Shown here: piece after piece, positions 11,951 to 26,925 of the stretch
Layout: each line of letters starts with the position of its first letter
How positions within the stretch are numbered: position 1 is the first letter of the stretch
Assembly: GCF_009914755.1 (NCBI RefSeq)
Contig: NC_060928.1
Source: the human T2T-CHM13v2.0 reference genome, Homo sapiens
Length of the DNA: 64,000 bases
Strand: one strand, 5' to 3'
Notes under the pieces: model-generated
What the model was told of the DNA's origin: nothing
Databases searched by the model: none
Seen by the model: the letters and a program-made list of their open reading frames with translations, nothing else
Position numbers and translations under genes: made by a program

Positions 11951-12035
11951 ATCCTCTCATCTAGTACACAGGACTCACCTAGGGGGTCTTGTTAAAATGC
12001 TGATTGTGATCCAATAGGTCTGGGGTAGGGACTGA

Positions 12036-12858
<823 letters not shown>

Positions 12859-13229
12859 AAAAGATCAAACTTTCTAAGCCCCTAGATCAGGGATTTTAAA
12901 TAAGTTTCTTCTTTTATGCCAGGTGTAGTTAATTGATAGCTGCTTCCTGAAGGTGGGTTAAGAAGGATTCTCTGGCTCTGTCTGGGTTCTCCGGCTAGCC
13001 ATGTTCATTTTGGTTGAAGACGAAGGGAGCTGGGTCATCTTCCCTACACTAGGCCGCTTCTAAAAGGACATCTTTATGACAGGAGTGGTTGTGGCATAAT
13101 ATTTATGTCATCATAATATTCATATCATAAATATGCTAAGCACAGATGTCTTTATTCCAGTTCTCCCTCTCATTAAGCAAACTAAGCCAAAGTTTTAGGC
13201 CTAACATTTGTATAGGATGAAACACTTTG

Positions 13230-13420
13230 CAAAGTGTTCATGTGAATAATTTTATTTGTCTTTATACAACACAGTAAGGCAGATATAATTTCACTCTACA
13301 GGAAAGGAAACTGAGATAGGGTGACTTTCCTGAGATTATACATTTAATATATTATATGTGTGGTAGGGACTAGGTTGTGACCTATCTCTAGTTCTGTCTA
13401 GGTCTGTTTGTACTATCTTA
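13230..13420 (-). mobile_element. MIR
   Basis: caacacagtaaggcagatataatttcactctacaggaaaggaaactgagatagggtgactttcc. Confidence 0.6.
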
Positions 13421-13421
13421 C

Positions 13422-13873
13422 TGTATTCATTTCCTGTTGCTGCCAACAAAGTATCACCAACTGAATAAAATACAAATTTATTAGCTAACAGTTCTGGAAG
13501 TCAGACATCTGAAAATGGATCTTTTAGAGTTGAAATCAAAGGCCCGCAGGGGCTGTGCACTCTTTCTGGAGACTGAGGGGAATCACCTGTTCCCTCCTTG
13601 TCTTTTCTGGCTTCTAGAGGCTGCCTGCATTCCTTGGTTGGAGAACTCTAACCTCTACTTCTCTTGCCTCATCTCCTCCAACTCTGATCCTCCTGCATCC
13701 CTCCTGGAAGGACCCCTGTAATGACATGGGGTCCACCTGGATAACCCAGAGTAATCTCCCCATTTCAATGTTCTTAATCACATCTGTGAAGTCCCTTTGC
13801 CATGTAAGGTAATATATTCATAGGTCCCAGGGTGTAGATATCATTGGGGAGGGTCATTATTCTGCCTATCAAA
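13422..13873 (-). mobile_element. MLT1C/D-like MaLR solo LTR
   Basis: tgtattcatttcctgttgctgcc...cagttctggaagtcaga...cttctagaggctgcctgcattccttgg...cattattctgcctatca. Confidence 0.85.
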
Positions 13874-14777
13874 ACCACATTTAGTACTTATTCTGTAGTT
13901 TCTACTAGACCTTATTCATCCTTCTCCTCTGTTTCATTTCTCAGACTGCTGGGAAGTTTTTATAGCTTAAAAATTCACAGGGAAGTTATTCAAGAGACAA
14001 CAATAACAAATCAGTATTGACAAGAAATACCTCAAAGTCATGAAAAAATCATGAAAAGGACACATTGGATTATGCTCATGAAAAAGACATATAAGATGTA
14101 CAGCTGCTTTTGGTCTGACTGACACTGAGATGATCCTTGAGGGACATCCTAAATACAATTAAAGGACCTCTTTAGCAATACAAAGGTTTTAAAAATTCTG
14201 CTACTCAAACAGTACACAGTTCCGTGATGAATAAGGTGATTCAAAACTCATGCAGAATTGAGTACAACACCAAATTCTAAACAGGGTGATGGTTTTCAGA
14301 GTGATGATACACATTAAATCAGTCCATCAAACGAAATCAATAAATGCTATTGAATGCCTTTTGTACTCAAAGCATTTGTAGAAAGACTGATATACGGAAG
14401 TTTGTCATTTCATTGGGAACACAGAATTTATAAAAAATGAAATCACAAAGGATTTAAACAGAAGAAACAATAGAAGCAACTTGAGCTGGTATATTATTAA
14501 TTGCCAAGTGAATTAGATGAAGTGAACATTTCATTTGCAAGTTAGGTTTATCCAGGAGAATGGAGACAAAACTAGAAATGTAGGTTGGAAGGTTGTGTTG
14601 TAAGGATCTTAAATGTCAAGCTAAGGAGTTTAGGCTTAATCCACAGTAATAACAATGGTAATAATACATTATGTTCACACAGTGCCAAGTAATTTACTAA
14701 GTGCTTTTTACGTATTTTCAGTCATTTGACCTCCTCTTCTCTCCCCCTAGACAAGCAGGCCAGTGCACGTGGGAGTG

Positions 14778-14779
<2 letters not shown>

Positions 14780-14810
<31 letters not shown>
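14780..14810. repeat. (CA)n microsatellite
   Basis: About 15 CA units. Confidence 0.95.
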
Positions 14811-14812
<2 letters not shown>

Positions 14813-14829
14813 AATATGGGAAAGGAAAT

Positions 14830-15100
14830 GCAAGCCTCTTATCAAAGAGACTTTCTTGACCATTCTATATAAATTAGTAGCTCCCCTCAACACTTACCTG
14901 GCATACTTTCCATCCCCCTTACCCTGCTTTATGTTTTTCTGTTGAACTTAGTACTACAGCTTGATTGGTATACATTTGCTTATTGTACATCTACCTTCAG
15001 TGGGATAGAGATCTTTGGCTCTTTTGTTCACTGCTGTATTTCTATTGCCTAAAACAGTGTCCAACACTTATTAAATGCTCAGTAAATATTTGTTACTGAA
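14830..15100 (+). mobile_element. L2 3' end
   Basis: ttgttcactgctgtatttctattgcctaaaacagtgtccaacac...tgctcagtaaatatttgtt. Confidence 0.75.
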
Positions 15101-16074
15101 TTGTTACTCTCAGTTTGCAAATTAGGGACCCAAATCCCAGACATTTAAGTGAACCTTTACAATGTCCTACAGCTATTTAGTGGCTTTACCAAGACTAAGA
15201 TCCAGTGTCCAGCCCAGTGCTTTTTGGACAGTGTGTTTCCTTTCCAAGTGAAAGTGTTAGTGGTGTTTAAACAGGAGCAGCAATGAATTTTAAAAATATA
15301 AGAATTTGAGACTAGAATCTTCTCTAAATGTCACATCTTTCCTAAAAACTTCATCAGTTTAACTGGATTGGCAAGAAGAATTGGCAGGACAGAGTTACCA
15401 ACAGTGGATTCTGGAGGGCTGCCATTGGTTCTGAGTTATTTGGCACTGAGTAATACTGTAAGTTGCTTTGTAATTTTTTCAAGTTAATTTGTGTGTGCAC
15501 ATCTTGACACTTGGTATTACAGGCTTTCTGGGCACAGGGACCATCACTTTTAATTCCTTTATATCCCTGCCTTCTGCCCAGTACTGGACTCAAAATAGAT
15601 TTGTTGCTGAATGACTACAAGAAGGCTGCCATCTTTCTAAAAATCATATCTTTACAAACTGCACACAAGGCCGGAAAAACAGAACCTCAGTGAAGACAAC
15701 AGCTTTTATACATATATATTTATATTTTTTTTCATGCAGGAAAAATATATTTTCTAGAACTCATTGCTTTCCCTTGAGCCATTGGCCAGAATGTGGTCAC
15801 TAGATCACTCAAGGAGGCTGTGGAAATAAGCATCTAGCATGCAGCCATGGTCTCGTCTTGCTTTTCCTAGGCTAGACATCTTGCTGCCTCAATTAAAACT
15901 GAGCTTGTGTTGGTAAGAGAGAAGGAAGGCAGGTTGTAGGATCATCCCATAGCAGTGTCTTCCCCCAGAGAATCAGTGGAGAAACACTGAAGGCTAACAT
16001 TAAGGTCCATTTTGATATTACCTGAGTGTGTCTGGATTTCTGGAAGATCATGGCAAGCATATAAGTCAGGCTCC

Positions 16075-16202
16075 TGTTTCTTCCCTCTTTTCTCCCTCCT
16101 GTGCTCCCTCCCTCACTCCTTCCTTCCTCTCTGCCTCCCTTCCCCACTTATTCCCTTTCTTCTTTCCTTCCTCCCCTTCTTCTCTCTCCACCCCTTTCTC
16201 TT
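16075..16202. repeat. CT-rich low-complexity tract
   Basis: Almost entirely pyrimidines on the + strand. Confidence 0.8.
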
Positions 16203-16526
16203 TGTTACTAAATAAGGCTTCTCCAGCATCAATTTTTGGTCGTACTTAGTATTCCATTGTATGTTTAATCAATGCCCTATTGTTGAGTGTTTAGATTGTC
16301 TCCATCTGGAATACTCTTAACATAGGCTTGTTCGACTGATTGGATAATAGATACTCGAATCACTCCTTGTCCTACTGCCTCATCTTTTGCGGCTCCTAAT
16401 TTTACATGTTCCATTCCTGCAATTATAGTTTTTATAACACACTAATATATTGTTCCACAACAACATGAATTCGTTATTTGTGCCCCACCCTAACTCCTCC
16501 TGAAATTCCCTTTCTTCATAGTCACT

Positions 16527-16810
16527 TGTGTTATTCAGGGTTCTGCGGAGAAACAGAACCACTAGGAGGTATATAGATATAATGAAAGAGAGGTATGATG
16601 TTGATGGCTCACGTGAATATGGAGGCTGCCATCTGTAAGTTGGAGGCCCAGGAAAGCTGGTGGTATAGTTCCAGTCCAAACCCAAAGGTCCAAGAACCAG
16701 GAGTACTGATGTCCAAAGCGAGGAGAAGATGGATGCCCCAGCTCAAGACAAGAGCACATTTGTCTTTCCACTGACTTTTTATTCTATTCAGGACATCAAC
16801 TGATGAATGG
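16527..16810 (-). mobile_element. MLT2 (ERVL) LTR fragment
   Basis: cagggttctgcggagaaacagaaccactagga...ggaggcccaggaaagctggtggtatagttccagtcc...aagatggatgccccagctca. Confidence 0.8.
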
Positions 16811-16964
16811 AAACATAAAATGCGGTATGTATATATATACATAAATACACATATACATAAAATGCGGTATATATATATGTATATATATAATATTTGGCAA
16901 AAAAGTGAAATAATGATATTATATTAATATAATAATGATATTAATATATGCTCCAGTTTGAAAG

Positions 16965-17785
16965 TGGACCACAGACATTTCTGTAAAGAAGACATAAAAA
17001 TGGCCAATAAGCACATAAAGTGATGCTCAACATCATTAGCCATCAGAGAAATGCAAATCAAAACCATAATAAAGTTTATTAAAGTACCACCTTATACCCA
17101 TTAAGATGTCTATTATCAAAAACCAGAAAATAGCAAGTGCTAGTGAGGATATGGGGAAACTGAACACTCACAAATTACTCATGGGCATGAAGAATGGTGA
17201 AGCTACTTTAGTTACCATATGACCAAGGAATTCAATCCTGAGTATATACCCTTGAGAAATGAAAACATATGTCCATACAAAAACTTCTATATAAATGTTC
17301 ATGGCAACATTATAAGTGATATCCACACAGTATAACCAACTCAAATATTTACCAACTGATGGATGGATGGATAAGTAAAATGTCGCATATTTATAAAATG
17401 GAATTTTGTTCAGAAATAAAAGAAACAAAGTATTGATACATGCTACAGCATGGATGAACCTTGAAATCACTACACTAAGTTAAAAAAAAAGCCAGTCGCA
17501 AAAGACCACATACTGCAGAATTCCATTAATATAAAATATCCAGAATAGGCAGATCGATTGGACAGAAAGTAAATTAGTGTTTGCCTAGGGCAGTAAGGCT
17601 GGGGAAAAGAGGGAATGGGAGCTGACTTCTAATGGGTATGAGATTTTTTTGGGGTGATGAAATGTTCTAAAATTAGACTACGGTAATGGTTTCACAACCC
17701 TGTGGATGAACTAAAACAATGAATTGTACATATTAGAAGGGTGAATTGTATAGTATGTGAGTTATATCTCAATAAAGCTGCTTGA
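16965..17785 (+). mobile_element. L1MB-like: ORF2 C-terminus and 3'UTR
   Basis: aaagaagacataaaaatggccaataagcacat...gaaatgcaaatcaaaacc...gtatgtgagttatatctcaataaagctg. Confidence 0.88.
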
Positions 17786-19809
17786 AAATATTACTTGAAC
17801 AACTAGTTTAGCCTGAAAGAATACTTTTTAAGAATTCTTAACTACCATTACACTTAGGCTGAGCTTACTGAGCAACCTTTTAATCTCTAACTCAGTTTCC
17901 CTGGTGTATTACTTGATCAATGACACTTATCCTGCCAAAATGTCAACTTATATAAATAAATTGATTCTCTGGTTTTCGTGTCCTTCTCTTATAGGTTTTT
18001 CCAGTCCAAATAATTTTCCCAGAGTGTGATCACACTTGGAGTGAACTGATAGAATTGACTTTGGCAAACCACACAACTAAACACCTGGCCTGTGTTAATC
18101 TCACACAGGTACTACATCCCCAAGGGACCCTACCTAAAATAGCCCATGAGCCAACCAGTTGGCCTCTTGTTCTTTCTTCTTGACAAGTCTAATCTGCCAT
18201 ATATTAAATAGGTTATTATTTTTCCAATGCAGAACTATAAATATTTCTGGTAGAAACGTGGTATCACATAACAAGAGAAAAATAAAGCAAAATAAATTAA
18301 AACTAAAATATAGTTCTAGAACAATGCAAGAATAAACAGTGATTTGGCATTCAGCACCACCATTATATCAGTTAATGACTGAGTTAATGAATGAACTCAT
18401 GTCATAAGCATAATGTTTATGGATTGATGAATGTGTTCAGTTTGCCCCAGATTGGTTAAGTTTGTCTGGTTATAATGAAATTGGACCACTCAATCAGTAT
18501 GACTTGAATTATACTCTGCAAACGCGGTGCCTCCTAGATTGCAGAAGATGGAAAGTCTGATTTACCCAATAAATCTTCTAGAATGGTACCTCAAAGAAAT
18601 TTGGAACCTCAAAAAAATGGTTCTCTATATCCTATTTTTTCTGTTGCTTATTACACAGAAAATATATATATGTATATAGGGATCCATAAATCTAGATACA
18701 AAAATAATATGTTTTATTTTATATAGACTGAAGGTGTCTCTGATAAGATTACATTTGTCTAAATGCTGCCAGATTTTATGGAAATCTTTTATACACATGA
18801 AAGATAAATACAAAAAAGCCTTGTCTAGTTAACAAAAACACTTAATTCTTCTAATCATTTAATTGAAAATCATTTCAATTTGTTATTTCCAGGAATGGCT
18901 TGTCTCTCTAATTATCCATTTACTATAGGAAATCTCCATGTTTGTAGAAGTTGAATCACAATGCATATCAGTATGAAGTGGGTTGTTTTTCCCTATAGCA
19001 ATAGTGTTGTAATTAGGCCTGTCTTCTCTGATCATGAATACAGTAATAAAATAATTCAGAGTTTAAAAACTAACACTGTTTCATAGAAACAAATACTAAA
19101 ATCTCTGCAGTCATTTAAAATAAGGCTATGTTCTAAAATCTATAAAAATAATATAAATAAGTTGTGTACATCAACTATTCAAAGAATCCCAATGTACTAC
19201 AATGTACATATATAACCCTTAACAATTTTAACACACACTCACATTGCTTCTTTAAAACAAATATTCCAGCTCTAATAGCCATTGTTTTAATTATACATGA
19301 TTCAAGGATTAATTTTGTTTGCATTCTTGTGATTCAGAAGATGATGGAGGAAATAATGTTTTGCACTGAAACTGCTTAGGGAAGTTTGCATAATTTTTTT
19401 TCTTGATTTCCTGCAGCAAGAAGAAGCCTTAAAAATTATTGAAAAGTTCTAACTAGCAAACATTTGTTAAGATTCTACAGTATGCCAGACACAGTATATT
19501 AGGCACTGAAGACACAAAGTTGAGTAATATGTAGCTTTGCCCTGGTCTTGTAGCAGATTTCCAAACAAGCATGAGTTATGCATGAGACTCTATAGGGCAC
19601 AGGGCAGCTAGAGTTTTGGGAAAAGAGAGGATCCTTGAAATGAGGATTTAAATGTAAGATAAAAATGGGTTAGTGAGGTGAGGAAGTGGAATGAACAGGA
19701 GATAATTTCGAGAGTGGGTAATTCAGGCTCTGCTCAAGATTGGGTCATCAGAAAATAGAATCATTCATTGTAATGTGCACATATTTGAAGTGCTTATTAA
19801 GAAACATAA

Positions 19810-20325
19810 TTCATTAAATAAAATGCCTACTGAGTGTTTTATTATGTACTGGGCAATAGGTTCTAGGTGCTGCAAACATGATGATTAATGAAACAGTAAA
19901 AAATCTCTGACCTTTTGGAAGTTAAACTCTAGTGTGGCAAACAGATAAAAGTTGAATATACAAATAAATGTATGCCACAATGTCAGAGAGTAATAAATGT
20001 CATAAAAGAAAAAAAGCAGGGTCAGGGCCTGGAAAGTGACAGGGTGCTATTTTAAATTGAGGGGTGAAAGGTTAAGGAAATCCTCTCTGAAGAGGCGGTT
20101 TTGAGCAGACACCTGAATGAAGTTAGGGGGCAAACCATGTGACTGTCTAGTGAGGAAGAGCATTGCAGATACTACGAACAGCCTGTATAAAAGCTCTGAG
20201 GCAGGACCATGGCTTGGTATGCTTAAGGATCAGCAAAGAGGCCAAAGTGTCTGGAGCAACCTAAATGAGTAGACGAATAACAGGAAATGAGTTGGCAGAA
20301 GTGGCTAGCTTATGTAAAGTCTTTG
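19810..20325 (-). mobile_element. L2 fragment
   Basis: ttctaggtgctgcaaaca...ctctctgaagaggcggttttgagcagacacctgaatgaag...aaggatcagcaaagaggcc. Confidence 0.8.
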
Positions 20326-20334
20326 AATTTACCA

Positions 20335-20650
20335 AAGCTATTTTTTCTACTTCCTAATTAGGTAGCTATACTGTATTTCTCAGCATGCCTTGCAGTTAGG
20401 TGTATAGACACATGAAAGATTTCTGCCTAATGGAATGCATCACTTTCAGACTTACTCATATAAATGTTGTGCGTGATTCTTTCTTCTGTTTGCTAGCCAG
20501 ATGCACAGGATCCCACAGAAGACTCAAAGGCCCTGGGGAGTCCTGGGTCTCTGATCACTTAACTAGGAATATTTACATTGCACTTTGTATAAGCACAAAA
20601 TGCAGTTAATTACACTAAGTCACCAAGATGTGGGGGCTCTCACTAATAAA
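20335..20650 (+). mobile_element. Old MLT1 (H/I-like) LTR fragment
   Basis: tatttctcagcatgccttgcagttaggtgt...tctgcctaatggaatg...gagtcctgggtctctgatcac. Confidence 0.6.
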
Positions 20651-21219
20651 GCTTTGGAATAATTACGGTTTAAAAAGAAGTGTTTAATAAAGCTGACACT
20701 TGAGTTTATTGTTTTTTTCATTCTTTATCCTATATCCCCCAGATTAGATAACCCTAGAGAAGCAAAGTGGCCACAGAAGATCAATTTGAAAGTTTTTGTT
20801 TTAAAGAGAAGAGGGATGGTCATCCTACTTTGTTTTAGTGATGCAGAGAGGTACAGACATCAACTTCCAGGGTGCGAGGGTCCTCAGATGCAGCCTCCGC
20901 CCACAGCTGCCTCTACCCGATTCTTTTCCTGTCCAGTTCCAACAAGAATAGCAGGAATGATCAGAACAAATCAGAAAAAGAAAAATATAGTTATCTATTA
21001 GACAGAACTGAACTTGGATCACTTCCTTTATAAGTAAAAAAAGATGATATGAGAAAAGCACTTGTGTATTGAAGAATTTGGCTCATTAATTAATAAATTC
21101 ACCTTAAAATTTGCATAATGCTTTCCCTGCCTCTTCATCTTTTGGGTGCAGACACGTGGCTAAGATCCCAACAATATTTTATAAGATTTCTTTTTTCTCC
21201 CTGTAGAAATGGTCCCTAG

Positions 21220-21549
<330 letters not shown>

Positions 21550-21746
21550 AGTCTTTGGCAAATTTAAAATGAAGTGCCATGGCACTATCAAGCATTTGGT
21601 GCTTTATTTTATTTTTATTGCGCATGTACTCTGTTTCTGGCACTCTTCTAGGTACTTGGAATACAAAACTCCCTGCTCTTGTAGAGCTCAGAAAAAAAAG
21701 GCGTTTGATTATATTAAATAATATGACTTGGTTTGGTTTCACTTTT

Positions 21747-22213
21747 TGTATTAGTTTCCAATTACCATAGTTAGAAATTACCACTAGCTTAGTGGCTAAA
21801 AATAGCACAAATTTATTCTCTCACAGTTCTGGAATGAGGCCTATGGTACTAAAATCGAGGGTTTGGCAAGGCTGGTTCCTTCAGGAGGCCCCAGGAAAGC
21901 ACCTGCGCTTTGTCTCTTCCAGCTTTTAGAGGCTGCTGGTATTCCTTGGCTGGTGACTACATCACTCCAATCTCTGCTTCTATAATCAGATTACCCTCTC
22001 CTCTGTCTGACCTTCCTGTGTCCTTCTCATAAAGAAGCCTTGGGATTTTATTCAGGCTCACTGGAATAATCCCAGATAACCTCAGCACAAGATCACTAAC
22101 TTAATCACATTTGCAAAGTGTCTTTTGCAATGGAAAATAACATATTCACAGGCTCTGGGGATTGGAATATGGATATCTTTGGGGAAAGGGAGCATGGTGT
22201 TTAGGCTACCACA
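21747..22213 (-). mobile_element. MLT1C-like solo LTR
   Basis: tgtattagtttcc...aggctaccaca termini with 5-bp TSD ctttt (21742-21746, 22214-22218). Confidence 0.88.
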
Positions 22214-23582
22214 CTTTTTCAATATTTAAGACCAAAGAAAGTATTTTCTTTTTGGGAAAGCTTCGGACAAATTGTTTTATAGAAGAATGATTCCATTCTC
22301 TTTCTCACAGATTGCAGGTAGACCACTAGAGCATGAAGGCATGTGTGAGTTCCATTATGCTGTGGGAGCAGGGTGTTCAGAGATTCAGTTCTATTACATT
22401 GTTGTCTGGTGATCTCCAGCAAATTCTTTAGTCTCTGTGACCCCTGGTTTCTTCATCTTTCCACAGCAGTGATAATGGTACCTCTGTCAACTGTTGTCTG
22501 TTGTCTGAAGATCAACTGAGATAACTATGAAAACCAGTTGACATACTGTGGGTGGAGTTTCTCAAACTCTCATACACAAATTTTTAGGGAATTAATAGAT
22601 AGTTTTTAATAAATTTTTGATTCTCTGGATTTACATGCAATTTTTGTTCATATATATGAACATGGGGGAAATATTATCTCTATTTTTAATTATATTTTCT
22701 GAGTGTATATATTTTTCAAATACTGAAAATCATTGCGCTAGATAATTATAATAACATTTCTCGTTTTCTCTCAACTTCTCTAGGAATGGAATAGTTATAT
22801 TCCCTTCCTTCATCAAAACCACAAAATTGACATAGGAAAACTCTTCTGATTGAACACTAATATCTGGAAACCATAGTGGTACATCCTTTTCTCTTTCTAC
22901 AATGGTAATTTTTGGAACACAGAACACACCCTGTTTAAAGTAGATGACTTGCTTACCGAAAACATCCATATCCCCACGATATTGTTGCACTTAAAGTTTT
23001 ATGCCCTGTTCCAACTTCCCCTACTCCACTGAAGGGGATAAGTATGACTTTCACCACTGATAAAAATTTAGCCTTGATCTGCCTGGATTACTCATCACAT
23101 TCCCAACTACATGCTTCAAAATTCATCAAGTCCTCCTATCCTCACTTTGCCAGCACTCACTGCCATCTTTTTCTACCTGCCCTACTCACCCCAACTCACT
23201 GAATCATGAGTGGCTTTGTAGACTAAAGTGATTTGAATGTAGGCAATTTGTTGAGTCCCTGTTCATGGCTTGCTTATTCTAGGACACAATATGTCCTTAA
23301 AACTGTGGCAGTATGATATAATCTTATAATCTTACCACATTGTATGATAGATTGCAAATTCCATTAGAGTGGAGCTCAGAATTTGTCTACTTCCTTATCC
23401 TTGACACTGGATTTCATGCCTAGAAGTGCTCAGGAAATATTTTTCATATTAAATAAAATATTTACTAATTTAAAACCCATTTTTTTTTTCCTCAGGAAAC
23501 CTATCTTACTTTCTGTTTTCTTTTTTATTAATGGCATCACCCTCTAAACAGACATCTAAGTTTGAAATTGTGATAATTTATG

Positions 23583-23748
23583 TTGGGGTGAATAGACTGT
23601 GGCCCTCAGGCCAACTCCAGCTGCCACCTGTTTTTGTCAGTGAAGTTTAATTAGAACACACCAGAGTTGAGTAGTTATGACAGAGACTGCAAAGACTAAA
23701 ATATTTTCTATCTTGCCCTCTGTACGGAAAATATTTGCCAACTGCTAA
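23583..23748. mobile_element. MER58A-like hAT element
   Basis: ctgtggccctcaggccaactccagctgccacctgtttttgt...agagttgagtagttatgacagagac...aaaatattttctatcttgccct. Confidence 0.75.
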
Positions 23749-25150
23749 TTTATGTGATAATGCCCAGCCATGTTACCTCCTGTCCATATTACTTTCTTAA
23801 ATATGAATTGTCTTCCTGATTCTTTCTCAACTCACCCTTAATCCCCACTTATATCAAGTGCTACCTCATTGATGAACTCTCCATAAGCCAAGAACAATAG
23901 ATGTGAGCCCCTGAGGACAGGAATCCAGTCATATTTACCTCGCATCCTCAACTGAACTCAGTAACTGTTGCTTGTGTGAAGTACGTTCTCTAAATATCTG
24001 GCCAAATATCTCACTGTCTGTAGTCATCTCTAGGCTTTCCTGTAGGTATTTCATGTAGAGCACAAAGTTATTTAGAAGATATTTACCTGCACCTTTAGAA
24101 GCCTCTGCACAAATAGATGCTTCAGGGCTTATTAAAGGAGAGTCTTCACAGTGGGCGAAAAGCTCGGAAATGGCTCGGAAATGCAATGAGAAAATTATGC
24201 AAAGGGATAAGAGTAAAATAATACTGATTTTCTGTAGCACTTTTAATGATTGTGAGTGTATTGTCTAGCAACTAAATAATCAATAACAGGAAGGAAAGGA
24301 AAATCTATGTGGCATGGAGTAGTATTTTTCAACTTTTATCTAAAAAAAACCCCTGCTAATATAAAAATGAGTGCAGAGTAACCTTACTTTGCAGTGTTAA
24401 GAAATACATGTTTTATTCTGGACTGGTTGAATGACATTATTAACCCACAGAGGTTAAGATCCAATGAGATCAAAGGATTTATAAAATTTGTCTCTTTCAG
24501 AACCCTCTCCAGATTTTAACCATGGGAAGGATTGGTCTCCTCATCCTCTATGTTGTCAGAGGAAGACTTAAAACCGATGCACCTGTTTCCTCCTATATTC
24601 TATTGTTCTTGTGACAGAAATTGAAGCTTCATAGGGCTTCCTAGAGTGTAAAGGGACCTCTTTGCTGTTCAATTTCAGAACTTTATGGGCATACATGTAA
24701 ACCTTTGGGACATGTGAGGTAACATGTTTCTGTCACAAAATGGCTACAAAATAGCATTTAAATTATCAGGGCATTGAGAAAAATGGACTTAACCCAAACC
24801 TGAGCTGATTACTATGCAAAGAAGTAAAAAGACAAGAAAGGTTGTCTCAGAGTAGGGATGGTTGGTAGGTAGGCATGGAGGGATACAGGGGCAAGAGTGT
24901 TTATTTGTTTTCTCTTTTGAATATTTTTTCCTAATTGTTGCAATATGGGCTAATTTTGTAATTCACAAGAGATTTTAATACTAAAAACTTCTAAAGATGA
25001 CAAATAGCCCGATATGAGCCTGGAGATGAGTATTTAAAAATTCTAAAATCTAGATATATCTTAGTTAATCAAAATTTGATCAAAAGAATAAAATATGCAC
25101 ATATCACAGAGACTTACACAAATACATGCATGTATTTGCCTGCCTATCCA

Positions 25151-25196
<46 letters not shown>
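25151..25196. repeat. (TATC)11 tetranucleotide STR
   Basis: Perfect TATC array. Confidence 0.95.
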
Positions 25197-25274
25197 ATCA
25201 GCTATCACTCTATAATAAATATCAATTTCAGAGCATTGTTGACAACTATGCATAGTTTAAAAACTATAATGATA

Positions 25275-25590
25275 GGCTGGGTGCAGTGGCTCACACCTGT
25301 AATTCCAGCACTTTGGGAGGCTGAGGCGAGTGGATTGCTTGAGCCTGGGGGTTCCAGACCAGCCTGGGTAATATGGTGAAACCTTGTCTCTACAAGAAAT
25401 AAGAAAGTTAAAAATAAAATTAGCCAGATGTGGTGGCACACGCCTGTCATCCCAGCTACCCAGGAGGCTGAGATGAAAGGATTGCTTGAGCCTGGGAGGT
25501 CAAGGCTGCAGTGAGCAGTGATGGTGTCACTGCACTCCAGCCTGGGCGACAAAATGAGACCCTGTCTCAAAACAAACAAACAGACAAAAA
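25275..25590 (+). mobile_element. AluJ
   Basis: J-type ggattgcttgagcctggg and aggtcaaggctgcagtgag...gagaccctgtctc. Confidence 0.93.
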
Positions 25591-26759
25591 ATCTATAGTT
25601 ACAATAGTAATGAAGCCTGTAAAGGTTAGAGTGAACAGTAACAATATTTTTTAATATGTTGCTTAATAGTTGAGACCCAGGAAACAGACATTATACATTT
25701 TCACTCATAGGTTACAAAGCACGTACTCTTTACCTTTTAGTCCATTCCAATCTATAATTGCCTTTGAGAGTCAATAGGCCCACTCCTGTAAGGGTAAAGA
25801 TAACAGTTTAATGCATCACTAGAACCAGAGAGAAAAGGCACTGGATTCAGAAATAATATTTCTTTACTGATTTAATATATGAACCAACTCAATTATTAAT
25901 CTCACTAAAAACATAAGGCCTAATTTCTCTTGGGCAATATATCAATGTTACAAGATTGTTGAATAACCCTGGACAAGATTAACTTCTATGTTATTGTGAA
26001 GGTTAGGTCAATTTCTATTGCAGAGGGAGTCAACATAATTACGTAATATTTTAAAAGGAGTTAAGAGACAGTAATAAATCTCTGATCCTGAGTCTCTGTA
26101 TACACCTTATTCTAACCTAGAAACTACTCCTCTGACAGCTCATGTTTAAATCTTATTAGGTATACACTTAAAATTATACCAAAACTCCACCCTGCCAACC
26201 ACACTATTACCCTCATCACCTCCTACATTCCTTCTATCTTACTTAGTATTTCTAAAACCTTTTTAATCTTATTGTTTCCTTCTCCCACTCTATCCCAAAG
26301 TTAGTACTTATTTTTGCTCCACTTTTTTTGGATTTGAATATTATTCTGATTAAGAAGTGTCAAGCTTCAATCTCTAAGTTTTCCTTTGCTCAAACATCTT
26401 CTTCAACCCACTCAAATGCTTATCTCATCAGGGTCCCCATATGCCCTGCTGAGCTGCAGAATCTAGGAATGTGGATTTTGCTGTATTTCTTATTGAAAAT
26501 GTAGGCTGCAGCTTAAGTGAAACGCACAACTTCCCCAGCTCTTCGTTATTTCAACCTGAACAACGTAAAGAAAGCAAGCTATCTCCAAGGCCAGAGCAAC
26601 AGCAATTTCTCTGAGGGCGGACATCATTTCCAAACCTTCAATTTAGGTATAATGTAGCCAGAAGATGGGGACTGTAAACCAGAATAGAGTTAGAAGAGAG
26701 GAGAAATCTGTAAAGATCCCCTGAATCAATTGAAACACAAGTGGAAGGTAACAGGAAGT

Positions 26760-26925
26760 TACCTTACCTGTGTGACTTTGGGCAAATTCTGGACTTCTCA
26801 GACTTATCACCTATAAAGGGTGCATCATAAGACCTATTGTGTAGGTTTCTTGCGAGACTGGAAATAGCACATAGCCCAGTGCCTAGCATATAGGTGGAAC
26901 TCATTTAATAGCAGTTATTGTTATT
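26760..26925 (+). mobile_element. MIR
   Basis: ctgtgtgactttgggcaaatt...agcacatagcccagtgcctagcatatagg. Confidence 0.7.
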
